Positions 1 to 15,864 of a stretch of 64,000 nt of DNA are shown here, in pieces (positions within the stretch are counted from its first letter, which is position 1; each line of letters begins with the position of its first letter). The position numbers were made by a program, and so were the translations under genes. The stretch is from the human T2T-CHM13v2.0 reference genome, Homo sapiens. Below the pieces are notes generated by a model. It ran no database searches and was not told the origin of the DNA. It worked only from the letters and a program-made list of their open reading frames with translations. Location: the NCBI RefSeq assembly GCF_009914755.1, contig NC_060929.1, one strand, 5' to 3'.

Positions 1-590
1 CACAGGGGACACTTATAAGTAGGATGACCAGAAGAACTTGTATTCTCTTGGTAAGTTTCTGTGTTATCAGATGTGGATGTTTCACTCCTATTGCTGTTCC
101 CTACTGAATCTTCAGAGATCTGAAAGTTTGGAATGATAGAAGAAACATCATATTCATCCTGATACTTCTTAGAAGATTTGCAATGAAGTCTCATGCGATA
201 GAATTTAATCTGTTTTGCACAGCATCTGCAGCTACCAGAAAACTTCCTCATTATATTTTCAAGGTCTAAGGCCCGTTCAGGGCATGCTCTCTCTTCTAGT
301 CACATTTCCACGACACAGGGGACAATGTGCTCCGCTTTCCCTCATTGCAGTCAGGAAACATTTTCTACAGAAAACGTGCTGACAGGGCGCGGTCCGCACG
401 GGCGTTTTGAGCACCTCCTGACAGACGGGGCAGTAGGATGTGGCCGCGGAGAGGTCCTCAGCCATGGCGGGGGATGGGGGAACAAGGCGATGGTGACAGC
501 GGCAGCGGCCCCGATGGTGACATGGTGACAGCGGCAGCGGCCGAGGTGACGGTGACGGCCCGGGGCTCGATGCCCTACAACAACATCGCG
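1..590 (-). pseudogene. RNF138P1: RNF138 processed pseudogene, 5' part (continues off the left edge), in PLPP1 intron 1
   Basis: ATG at 465 gives MAEDLSAATSYCPVCQEVLKTPV...C3HC4 RING ...HCPLCRGNVTRRE. After a frameshift in an (AG)n run near 290, it continues ERALDLENIMRKFSGSCRCCAKQIKFYRMR...SSGHPTYKCPL with no introns. It also lacks TEDDFY of the parent protein (recalled). GC-rich 5'UTR remnant at 466-590. Confidence 0.93.
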
Positions 591-750
591 CCTTTCATAC
601 CAGCCTACCACCATTCTCTGTAGAGCTTTTCTCATGCGCTCAGATAATGTATATGGCCTGTTCTATAGTCACAGAACCAGTCATAAAAAGAGCCAAAGAC
701 AGATGGCAAGACTATGTTCCATTTCAGAAAGGAATCAAATATACATTATC

Positions 751-871
751 TCTCAAAATTCTCATTCTTTTTCCAAGAATTTACCATATCCACTTGAGGA
801 ACTAACACACAGGACTTCTCAAAATTCTCCTTCTTTTTCCAAGGATTTATCAGATCCACTTAAGGAACTAA
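751..871. repeat. Direct tandem duplication, 2 x 55 bp (period 66)
   Basis: tctcaaaattctc...ggaactaa at 751-805 and again at 817-871, with a few mismatches. Confidence 0.85.
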
Positions 872-2268
872 TAATTCAAACGTGTATATAGAGGAAGTCG
901 TGTTTCACACTGATGATAAAGATGACATACGGACAGAAACATATACACACACATGCACACAGGCATGTTTAATGATCACTTCAACACACATCACCCACAG
1001 TAAAATTATAAAGTAGTTGTACAACAGGTTGACGTAACATCATCATATTAAAATGGCTATACTGTATGATGTTGAGGTGGTCATTAACAGAATCTGGAAT
1101 GTATCCACATTATAATTATGAACCACTTTCACAAAACCCTGCACTTATGAAGTGCTTAATCATCTTTTTGTTCTAACAGTCAATTCTTACCTGTGGATTC
1201 CTCACAGAAAAAGGAAATTTATGCCAGGTTGAAAACTCTCTTGAAGCTACCATGATTTTAGGCTACCAATCTCCTGCTGTCAGTAAAATGAATACAAATC
1301 AAATTTAATATAACAGACTCCACCAGAAAGGCGCATTTGCTATATAACACGTGTCTTCCAAAAGTAAGCGTGAAAAGTTTTGTATCTCCTGCACCACTGG
1401 TCTCCTTCACTGCTGTTTGCAATGGACAGTTGATGTTGTTAAATGTAATGTAATCTTACATTTTTAAAAGTCAGTAAAATAGGTCACTTTCTATTTAGGA
1501 AAAGGGAATTCTGAGCTTATAGTGATAATATGCTGAATTACTTTAAAAGAAATGCCAGTAATACCAAAACATAATGTTGTAAATAGATTAAATGCCTTTT
1601 CCTAAAACAAGTCCTCAAAGCTTTCTCCAAAACCACCAAAAACACAATTTTATCTTATTGACAGCTATTGTACTCCTGCAACTGTCAGGTCAATGTAGCA
1701 ATGAAATTAACCTTTATAGGATAATTATGTGATGTTTGTATCATGTTAAAACTACAGGCTACAACAACCCATAATTTATAAAATTGTACTGCATGTCAGT
1801 TCCTCCATTATATGTGATTTTTTTTTTAATTGCAGATCTACCATATGGCTTTGTGTTTAATACCATTAGCTTCAGCTACCTCAGAGCAGTATTATGTTTC
1901 AGCCATTCTAATCACTGTTTGGCCCATAGAAAAAAATTTATGTTGTTTTACAAATTGATCGAACTCCCACAGTAGGAAAAGACAAAGATGATATGTAATT
2001 CTGATAGTGCACAATATGTGGCAATGATAGGATAATATTCAATATATTAGAAATATATTTTTTTCTGATCGAACATTTTCCTCTCCTTTCACTAAAATAT
2101 AAACAAAGTTTAACAAAGTTCCAATGACATCAAGTATAAGTTAAAATATATTTTTTAATGTAACATTTCTATGAAAGGTAATTTTTTGTTGCAAATAAAT
2201 TTGAATATATTTAATTATTAATAAGTCCCGACATCTGAAAGGACTGTGTTTTTATAAAGACAGTGTTC

Positions 2269-2562
2269 AGTTGGGCGCGGTGGTTGACGCCTGTAATCCC
2301 AGCACTTTGGGAGGCCAAGGCGGGTGGATCACAAGGTCAAGAGTTCAAGGCCAGCCTGGCCAAGACGGTGAAACCCCGTCTCTACTAAAAATACGAAAGT
2401 TAGCCGGGCATGGTGGTATGTGCTTGTAATCCCAGCTACTCAGGAGGCTGAGGCAGAGAACTGCTTGAACCCGGGAAGCGGAGGTTGCAGTGAGCCAAGA
2501 TCGCGCCACTGCACTCCAGCCTGGGCGACAGAGCAAGACCGTCTCCAAAAAAAAAAAAAAAA
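2269..2562 (+). mobile_element. Alu (AluS-type)
   Basis: Full dimer, A-tail, degenerate TSD aaagacagtgt/aaagacaatgt. Confidence 0.9.
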
Positions 2563-2692
2563 GACAATGTGCCAAAATTGTGTTCCACTTTCCTAAACTT
2601 AATTCCTAAAACTCACTGTGGACCTAAACAGGAAGTGTCTTGGGAAACAACAAAGATGCTTCATATTAACAGGTAACAAAATGCAGTTTTAG

Positions 2693-3041
<349 letters not shown>

Positions 3042-3899
3042 TTATAAGAATTCCACAAGATTGCAAGGGCCTAAATGACCCGGTTGGAAACTGGAGAGTG
3101 GAATAACTAGGAACTACTGGATTAAAACCGAGGGAATCTCCTGTCACTGAGAAACCATTATGCAGACTTCCATCCAGGTGGCTAAAGCCACAGATCTCCC
3201 ACCCTGAGAACTTGCCAATACTACTACTATTCTGATTACTTCAACATGAGTAGGACTATCCAAACCTCCAGCAGCTCTTGCTTTGTTTTTGTTTATTCCA
3301 TCATATATAAATAGTTCACAGCATAACTGCCTTATACAATACATAAAAAGTGAAAACTACTCCTTCCAACGCCCATCCCTTATCCAAATGATTCCAGTTC
3401 TTTCTCTTCAAAAGAAAGGAGTAACTGGCAACCAGAAGCCTCATAACTGAACTCTTCCAATCAGGAAGACAATGCGAAATCTGCTGCAGCCAAAGAATGT
3501 CTACTGCTCCTTGAGACACTGTCACAAGAGATGGAAAGCTACACCATGGCAAGGTCTGGGCAGACAAGGAAACAGGTCTGGGGTACCGCATCCTCCCCCA
3601 CCCCCAAAACTTCTTTAGACCTATACGCAAAAACTTGGCGTGCTCATCCCTACTTGCAACCTGACAATTTACAACCTGGCACACCTTCTAATTAGGAACT
3701 AGTTCTAGCCTTTTATAGCCGAAATATTAAACTGCTTCTCACGATAAATCAGGCACTGGCGCCTGCTACTGAGAATCCCCTGTGCATCAAACCTCCAGTT
3801 TCACTACTGAGATGGGCCAGTGACCAGGCTCCTCTACCGTACAGAGGGGAGGAGCCCACCCTGCTCTGCTAGAGTGGAACTGCAAACAGAGGACAGGAG

Positions 3900-4900
3900 C
3901 AAGGCATGGAGCGCAGAGGCGTGAACAGCGTCCAAGCAGGGCTGGGCTCAGCGCACCGGCGGGCGACAGACAGCGGCGGGCACGCGGGAGCCGGGGTGCA
4001 GGCTGCAAAGCGGGGTCCCTCGGCTGCAGAAGCCGCCCCCGTGTGTCGCCCCACAGCGGCGCACGCGTCAGGCAACACACCCCCGCTGCCCGTCGCGGCT
4101 CTGCGCTAAAGCCCTCCCGGGACAGCCGCACACGCCCCTCGGGCCCGGCGGCGCGTACGTACCCAGCAACACGCAGAGCACATCGAGGGCCACGTACGGC
4201 AGCCGCGTCTTGTCAAACATGGTCTCTGCCCGGGCTGCCCGGCAAGGGCGATGGACTGAGCTGCGGGACGGCGGCCGAGGCCCTTGATTCTCGAGCCCGG
4301 GCCGGGGCTGGCGACGGCCCCGAGCTACGGCCCCTCCCAGCCGGAGGAGGAGAGCAGCCGAGGGCGGGCTGAGACCGGGCGGCGCTCCCACCGCCAGCAA
4401 TGGCGCCCGGGGCCCTCCCCTCACAGCCCCCGCGAACACTCGGTTAGTGCCGAGGCGCTCGTGTGCCAGCCGCGGCAGCTCTGTAGCCTCAGGACCTCCT
4501 CAGCCGGCACGGCCTGCCCCGGTTGCTCCCCGTCCGGATCCCGGCGCTCTCTCCCACAGGCGGGGCGTCCAGACTCTCGCTTTAAGGATGGGGACCGGCA
4601 GGGAGGAGGAACGCGGGGTCCAGCCCCTCCCGCTGGGCAGCGCAGGACCGGGCAGCGCGCGGGTTCGCGGGCGGGGGGAGTGCAGCAGGGGCGGGGCCAG
4701 GGAAACCCCAGGCCGCGGCGGTCAGCCAATCAGCGCCGTCGGCCTCATCCCTCCCGACCTGCGGCATCCGCCCAGAAGTGCGGCTCTCGGCAGCCGGGCG
4801 GGGCGTGGGGGCGGCTCCCGTTCCGATCCAGGGGGCTTTGCTCTGGACCGCAATTGCTCAGGTGGTCTCCGAACTCGGCCTCGGTACCCCCACTAGGCAT
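3900..4900. promoter_or_regulatory. PLPP1: CpG island / PLPP1 promoter and exon 1 region
   Basis: Very GC- and CpG-rich block spanning the start codon. GC box GGGGCGGGG at 4688-4696, CCAAT at 4726-4730, GGGAAACCCC at 4700-4709. Confidence 0.9.
4163..4220 (-). CDS. PLPP1: Phospholipid phosphatase 1 (LPP1/PAP2a), first coding exon
   Basis: gagaccATG at 4220 encodes MFDKTRLPYVALDVLCVLL plus 1 nt (58 nt), followed by a phase-1 donor G|GTACGT at 4162. Matches the recalled PLPP1 N-terminus; the other exons lie off the left edge. Confidence 0.95.
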
Positions 4901-5049
4901 TGCTGCTTTCAGAGAGCTAGGCTCCCTACCCAACGATCCTAGAGCACCGGCTGCCTGCCACTCCCCACCCCTTCCATGGGGATGAGGTAATAAACAGGTC
5001 AGATTGTTACCACTGAGTTTAAGGGGGGAAAAGAGGTCAGAGTAGGCAG

Positions 5050-5496
5050 GAACAGAGACGCTCTCCTTTAGTTTGGTACCTCTGAGCCCTTTCTCACTTA
5101 GGCCTCAACGTTGACCTCCCTGTGTCCTGGCTGAGCCCAAATGTTAGCAAGAAGCATGCTAAATCATCCATCCTCGATACCTGATCACCGTTGAATTCTT
5201 GATATTTAATATCGGATTAGATTCCTTATATTACACCTTTGTTGTAGAAGCCCTTGACCTGCCTTTAGCCAGAATCCCTCTACCCTTGATGTCTCCTCTT
5301 AGTAATTTTCCATCCACCGTCACCTCCCTCACAGACACGGTGCCTGTTCCTTGGCTATAAATCCCCTGCTGTCTTTGCTGTATTCTGAGTTGAGCTCAAT
5401 TTCTCTCTCCTGTTCCAATAGTCATGACCCTTATTGTAATAATCTTGAATAAATTATTCATGTGTTTGACAAGTGTCAGGATAATTTTCTTTAACA
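5050..5496 (+). mobile_element. MER31-family ERV1 solo LTR
   Basis: Matches recalled MER31 motifs (cctctgagccct, gccagaatcc, ttagtaattttccatccac, ggctataaa, gaataaa, end ttttctttaaca). Confidence 0.7.
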
Positions 5497-5581
5497 GCAG
5501 CAAGCACTCCCCCTGCCCCATACCCAGGAGGACCCTAGCCCACATTTAGTAATCTCAGTTTCCTAATATGTAAAATGGGGA

Positions 5582-6225
5582 TTTTTTAAATAAATACCTA
5601 ATACTCAGACATCACAAGTACTTTGAATTTATTGTGACCTTGCAATCTGAGGCCCTTGTAACTCTGGAAGTAAAGAAAGCCACATGATAAACAATGGCCC
5701 ATCTTTCTCAGGTGTAAATTGCTTAAAGCTTTTACAGCTTTAAGCTGCCCAGTGTTCCAGTCTGGAGGAAGAAGTGAAACCCAGAAAAGATTATATGATA
5801 GTGGCTTTATCTAGAGTTAAACCGTCTACAGATGTTAATGATTGGTATATTTTCTCTTTAAATATGTAAAACACAAATCACAAAATGTGCCTACTACTTC
5901 TTCGACTTATCCTGCAAAGCACTCATAAAGCCAATGGAAAGATAACATTAAACACAGAGTCTGGAGATACAGCCCCAAGTAAGCTCTCAAAAACAAAATA
6001 TACATTTGAAGAAAGATGTTTTTCTTTAAAACGAATGCTAATGTTTTATTTTGCCTCTTGTTTAAATAGCCGTAAAAGCTTTAAGCAATTTACACCTGAG
6101 AAAGATGTGCCATTGTTTATCATGTAGCTTTCTTTACTTCCAGAGTTACAAGGGCCTCAGATTGCAAGGTCACAATAAATTCAAAGTACTTGTGATGTCT
6201 GAGTATTAGGTATTTATTCAAAAAA
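5582..6225. repeat. Long inverted repeat: 158-bp arms (5582-5739, 6068-6225), 328-bp spacer
   Basis: Manual reverse-complement alignment gives 4 mismatches in 158 bp and no gaps. Confidence 0.93.
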
Positions 6226-6329
6226 CATTTGTTGAGCACCTATTGTGTTACAGTCTAGTCTCAGTGTCTTAAACAGCTTTTGAAATATTTACTTTTTAAA
6301 AGTAATTTTTAAAAACATTTACTTTTTAA

Positions 6330-6582
6330 AAATTTTTTATTTTTACTTTTTGTGGGTACATAATAGGTGTATATATTTTGGGGTAATGAGATGTTTTGAT
6401 ACACGTATGCAATGTGTAATAATTACATCATGGAAAATGAGGTATCCATCCTCTCAAGCATTTATCCTTTGTATTACAAACAATTCAATTATACTCTTTT
6501 AGTTATTTTAAAATGTACAATTTAATTATTAACTATAGTGACCCTGTTGTACTATCAAGTACTAGATCTTATTCTTTCTATT
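6330..6582 (-). mobile_element. L1MA-type 3' end fragment
   Basis: ttttgtgggtacataataggtgtatatatt...gagatgttttgatac...ttaactatagtgaccctgttgtactatca is typical of an L1MA 3'UTR in antisense. Confidence 0.7.
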
Positions 6583-6802
6583 TAAAAAAAAAATTTACTC
6601 TTAAAGTGCGTTTTCAAAAATAAGCATTCAAAAAAACCTTACTGATTAGTGATTTTTTGTTTATTCACACATTCATTAATTCAACATTTATTGAGCCCCT
6701 AATGGATACCTGGTACACATCTGTGAAGAAGCTAAAATAAACAAGAGAAGTTCTCTGCCCACAAGGGGAATCCTGAGGCCCACTTAGAAAGCATGTGATT
6801 AG

Positions 6803-7087
6803 GGCTGGGCACGGTGGCTCACGCCTGTAATCCCAGCACTTTTGGAGGCCGAGGCGGGTGGATTACGAGGTCAAGAGATCGAGACCATCCTGGCCAACAT
6901 GGTGAAACTCCGTCTCTACTAAAAATACAAAACTTAGCTGGGCATGGTGGCACGTGCCTGTAGTCCCAGCTACATGGAGGCTGAGGCAAGAGAATCGCTG
7001 GAATCCAGGAAGCGGAGGTTGCAGTGAGCCGGGATCATGCCACTGCACTCTAGCCAGCCTGGCAACAGAGCTAGACTCTGTCTCAAA

Positions 7088-7130
<43 letters not shown>

Positions 7131-7132
7131 AA
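6803..7132 (+). mobile_element. Alu with (AAAT)n tail
   Basis: Full dimer; tetranucleotide STR at 7085-7130. Confidence 0.9.
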
Positions 7133-7226
7133 TAGATTAATAAACCAAAGCCCATTAAAATGCATTGTCATTTCCTGTTATTTTAAATGGGACTTGTGCC
7201 ATGTGCAGATTATAAGCAATTAATAA

Positions 7227-7852
<626 letters not shown>

Positions 7853-8817
7853 TTATTTGTGGAAAGAATGACTATGACACATCATTTTGTTTTGGAATGG
7901 GGAGCTTTCATTCCTTTTTGGGGGAATTTTTTTGTTTGACTGTTTTGGTTTGTTGTCATAATTGAATTCTGGTGTGATCATTGGAATTGAGAATGAGTTA
8001 AATAACTTTGAAATGGTGATGAAAATAATTTAAAAAGGAAACACGAATTAAATGGTAACACCATTAATACCCCCGGGGGAGGGGGGTAGCTATGAGTGTG
8101 TCCCTGGACTGAACATGAAACCTCAGAGGCGAGAGCACTGACTCCATTTCTCTGGAGTTTGTGCATCCCAGAAAAAAATACTTTAAAAAAATAAAGAAAG
8201 AAACCTCAGAGGCTTGCATAAATGCTTAACAAAGTTTGTCCTTGGGCCAAACTTTTCTCCCTGTAATACAGGCATCAAACAAAAGCAAAGTAGGGTGGGC
8301 TTCTGAAGAACAGTCCTGAAGCTCCCTGAAGAAGAAAGAAGCTAATTTCCTCTCTTCTGTCATTACTAAACTTCTTGAAAAGGAATCTGCAATTTACATG
8401 CTGCATTTCCACTTTCTCTTTCGATACCTCTGCATGCTCAATTCTGTCCCCACTCCTCTACTTGCACTGCTCTTTAACATAATATTATTGGTAAGTCTCC
8501 CTCTCTCCATTCTAACAGCACTTACTGTCTCAGCAACTTATTTATTTCAAAAATTGTCTGCAAAGTAATAAGACTCAATTCCCTTAGGATATTTGTGTTT
8601 CCATGTGTTTATGTTCTTTCTCCCCAAATTGACTGAAGCAAATACAGTTTCTATTATACTCAAATAGCACTGTGAAACTAAAATAACTAAAAATGTCGAT
8701 GTCTGGTTCCCCAGTACATGTGCTCCAAAAAGAAAATTTCACAGGATGGTGTATTTTAATCCTTTTTACACTTTTTGTCAAAGCCATTTGCTTCATACCT
8801 TATTAAAGTTTTTAATC

Positions 8818-10400
<1,583 letters not shown>

Positions 10401-11740
10401 GTTTTTGCTTTCCTGACCAAAGGAAAAGGCTGAATTCCCTTCCCTTCCTTTCTACCTTCTTTGAACATGGACCTGATATCTAGAGCTACAGCAGCCATCT
10501 TTTGATTATGAGGGACAGACCAAGAAATGCAGTGTCACTGGTCTTTATAATGTTGAGCTCTACTAAAAATAACCAGCAACTGGTTGCCTCCAGATTTCTT
10601 CTTATGTGAGAAAAAAATAATAATAATATGTTTAAGCCTAAAATATTCACAACAAATACAAGGCTCAAGAGAACTTTGATTGGTATTTCTGAGAAATTTC
10701 ATGTCATTATTCTAAGAAAACCTTTTACTTGAACTAATTTAATTGAATTTCTGGTCCTTGAAACTTCAAAGCCCTGAATAAAACAATTTGAGTCAATAGA
10801 AAAGGGTGCTGAGGAAGAATAAACTTTGAAGATTGAGCAATGGTTAAAGCATAAAGGAGGCAAAACAAGTGGCTTTTTTGAAGTCTTTGAGTAGGAAAGG
10901 CTGTGAAACTCACATTGGGGATTAGCGGAAGATAAGATTGGTTCTAGAAGGTAGGTTATAACAATTTGTAACTAAAAAGTACAGCTGGGGTAAAGAAAAA
11001 TCACTCAAAGTAGGTAGAGACATACTAACAACAGTCATTTAAAATAAGTACTCTGGTAGTGAAAAGAAGTCATAGTCTCTGCAGAGGACTCTAAATAAAG
11101 GTGAGTAAACTTTATCTTGCAAATCAGATTATCTAGATTCTGGTCTTTTTTCATGTATATATCCATTTTATTTCCTATCTTTCCTAAAGGTATTTATGGC
11201 TTCCAGTGCTTTTTCAGCTTTGCTACAGAGTATTAAGAGGAAAGTCTTCTGTTAACACTTGAGCCAATTCCCAAGTGTGAGGTGTTTAGTTACAATCTTT
11301 AGTGAAAACCCATGAAAAGGAGATGAGTGTGTATCTAGGATCTGATTTGGGGCCCTGTGGATGGGCAACCCAGCTCCAGAAAGATACTGTCCTTCCACCA
11401 ATCTCTCCTTCCGTGTCAAGGTTGGAGGGCCTGGATTCTATGTTGTTGTTTTTTAGGAAGTCAGTGTTTTCTAAAAAAGGTTCTAGTAATGAGCAAATAA
11501 AAAAAATAGGTGCAATTGCCTAGCAAATGTCTGACATATGCTGACACACAATGCATGTTTTTTCAAAAACAAAGATTTCTGCGGATCCATATCCGTTGTT
11601 TCTGCTTCCCTACCACCCACTCAACCCACTACCTACCATGGTTCCTTAATCTACCAAAGAAACGGTGATGATTTGTCATGACTTGTTCTTAATAACTCCA
11701 CACACACCTGGCCCTGGTGATCACCAGTTCCTTTCTGTAG

Positions 11741-12088
<348 letters not shown>

Positions 12089-12193
12089 TAACAATCTCTT
12101 TAAAAATCTATCACCAGAAATATGTAAATTAATTACCTATAAAGTATCTATAATCTTAAAGACATCACATATTTTTTTTTTAAATCTTGGACA

Positions 12194-12620
12194 GGCTGGG
12201 TACAGTGGCATATACCTCTAGCCCCAGCTACTCAGGAGGCTGAGGTGGGAGGATCACTTGAGCCTAGGAGTTCAAGTCCAGCCTACACAAATAGTGAGAC
12301 CCTGTCTCTTAAAAAATAAAAATAGGCTAGGCATAGTGGCTCATGCCTGTAATCCCAGCACTTTTGGATGTCGAGGCAGGTGGATTTCTTGAGCCCAGGT
12401 GTTCAACACTAGCCCTGGCAACACTGCAAGACCCCTTCTCTAAAAAATTTTCAAAAAAATTAGCTGGGCACAGTGGCATATGCCTGTAGTCCCAGCTACT
12501 CAGGAGGCTGAGGTGGGAGGATCACTTAAGCCCAGGAAATAAGGCTGTAGTGACCCATGATAGCACCACTGCCCTCCAGCCTGGGCCACAGAGCGAGACT
12601 CCATCTCAAATAAAAATTAA
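12194..12620 (+). mobile_element. FLAM/Alu monomer (12194-12322) followed by AluJ-type (12325-12620)
   Basis: Alu motifs, diverged. Confidence 0.8.
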
Positions 12621-12639
12621 AATTACAAATCTTAGGTAG

Positions 12640-13159
<520 letters not shown>

Positions 13160-13355
13160 TAAGTGAGGGGAGCAGGCCTTCCTAGTTCTGAGAGTGTACT
13201 TGGCAAAATGAAGGCACATGCAGTTAAAAAAAAAAAAGTACTGGAATAAATGAATGAATGAGAAAAAGAAAAGTAAAGCAAGAGTTCAGGAAAGAGGCAA
13301 GCTGTGCCCCCCTCCCACCTCCTTTTTGTTGTTGTTATTAGCTCTTTTCCCCTCA

Positions 13356-13700
<345 letters not shown>

Positions 13701-14410
13701 AAGAAAAAGAAGTGGGGAGTGGGGTTAATTCTGCTGCATTATTCTTACAGATCAATGACGCCCCTTTATAAGTACTTTTTTGTGTCCTCAACAAGGTGAA
13801 CTTCTTTTAAAAGTGGGCCTTTCTCCTTTTAAGTGACTGTGTTAAGGAATAATCCTGATGGGACAACAAAGGAATTTTCTAGGGCCACCACACTTTTCTT
13901 CTTTATCAAGATCAGAGTCAGAAATACATTTCTGGGAGCCTCCTAACCCTCAGAGTCACACTTTCCCTTTCAGAGTTTCTCACACAACAAACTTCGTTTA
14001 GCTTTCCTTTGGACTCTTAAAACTCTGCCTTTGAAAAGTCTGTGACAATGATGCTCAAATTTTGCACATCAGAATCATCTTGGGCATTAGTTAAACACAA
14101 TCCCCCAGCCCCGCCCCCAGAGATTCTGATTCAGAAGCTAGGCTGGAATCCAAGCATTATTTGGTAATGATGTTTAACAAATTCCCTCAGGAGATTCTGA
14201 TGTCCATCAGAATTAGAGAAACTCAGGTATCATCAGCCCACATTTTCACTCTCTTTGAAGAAAGTAATCACTTTCTTCAAAGTAATTACTACACATTAGG
14301 TGCAGCAAAACATAGTAATGAAACATCTGGGTTCAGGAATCCAGCTCTTGAATACTCCACTGAATACCCTTGGACAAATTGCTTAGAACTTTCTGTGCAC
14401 CAGTTTCCTT

Positions 14411-14671
14411 ATTTATTTATTTATTTATTTATTTTATTTCTGAGACAGAGTCTCACTCTGTTGCCCAGGCTGGAGTGCAATTGGCAAGATCTCGGCTCAC
14501 TGCAACCTCTACTTCCTGGGTTCAAGCGATTCTCCTGCCTCAGTCTCCCCAGTAGCTGGGACTACAGGTGTGTGCCACCACACCCAGCTAATTTTTGTAT
14601 TTTTGGTAGAGATAGGGTTTCACCATGTTAGCCAGGTTGGTCTCAAACTCCTGGCCTCAAGTGATCCGCCC
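14411..14671 (-). mobile_element. Alu (5'-truncated) inside a MIR (about 14310-14795)
   Basis: MIR core cagtttcc...gtaaaatgagaatgacaataatagtacctacctcatagg is split by Alu sequence. Confidence 0.8.
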
Positions 14672-15017
14672 ATTATTGGTAAAATGAGAATGACAATAAT
14701 AGTACCTACCTCATAGGTTTGTTGTGAAGATTAAATGAGCTAATATGTCAAGATCACTCAGCACAATGCCAAGGCATATAGTAGGTGCTCAATAGATGTT
14801 GGACATTATTATTCAAAGATTCCTGTCACTTTCGCATGAGAACCAGGTTGATGTCTGTGTCTTATTAACCTTGAGCCTAAGGATAGCGTTCAGAGACCCT
14901 GCAAATCCTTTGCAATTGCATATAAATTACATGTTTATATATTTTGCTATGAACTGGCTCTGTAGCCCTTCCCAGATTCTCAAACAGGGTCTCTGACACC
15001 ATAGTGTGCTCTAGAGC

Positions 15018-15135
15018 TTTGCTTCCGAAAATGTGCCCTGGACTAGCAGTGTGTGCATTAACGGAGGCTATTATTAAGAGAAATGCAGACTCTCAGATTC
15101 CACTCCAAATCTACTGAATCTAAAACTGCATTTTA
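15018..15135. mobile_element. MER5A-like hAT element, left half (interrupted by the Alu+AK4 insertion)
   Basis: agaaatgcagactctcag...ctactgaatctaaaactgcatttta continues at 22573 as ...aacaagatcccaggtaattcctatgcacattaa...gagaagcact. Confidence 0.75.
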
Positions 15136-15513
15136 TTTTATTTTTTTATAAGCAGAAAAAAACTTTATTTCTATCAAATTGAAAATTATGAACCTTCCAG
15201 CAAGATAATCAAAATAATAATACAATTAACAGGATATCATATACAGATCAGACTAGAGGTTTACATACTTTGAAGCACATACACCAAAATTAAGAGGGCC
15301 AGCAACTGTCCCACTGAGGAAAAGCACTCTGACTCATGGCAAACACACAACTTCTGGGAAAATTGAGCTAACATTTCACAGGACAGTACACCAAAGAGAC
15401 AGGTCGTCATTGGGTTACAGAAATGATCTGAGCTTGAGAAGGATCACAGTAAAATGCCATTGTAACTCAACAATTTTCCCGGAGATCTGCTCATCTCAAA
15501 AACAAGAATACAG

Positions 15514-15864
<351 letters not shown>

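Noticed and set aside
751-871. Spaced direct repeats as a CRISPR-like array
   Set aside because: Only two copies, eukaryotic intron, simple local duplication.
4284-4985. 233-aa plus-strand ORF and other ORFs over the CpG island
   Set aside because: Non-ATG start, low-complexity P/G/R/A composition expected from very high GC, no recognisable domain.
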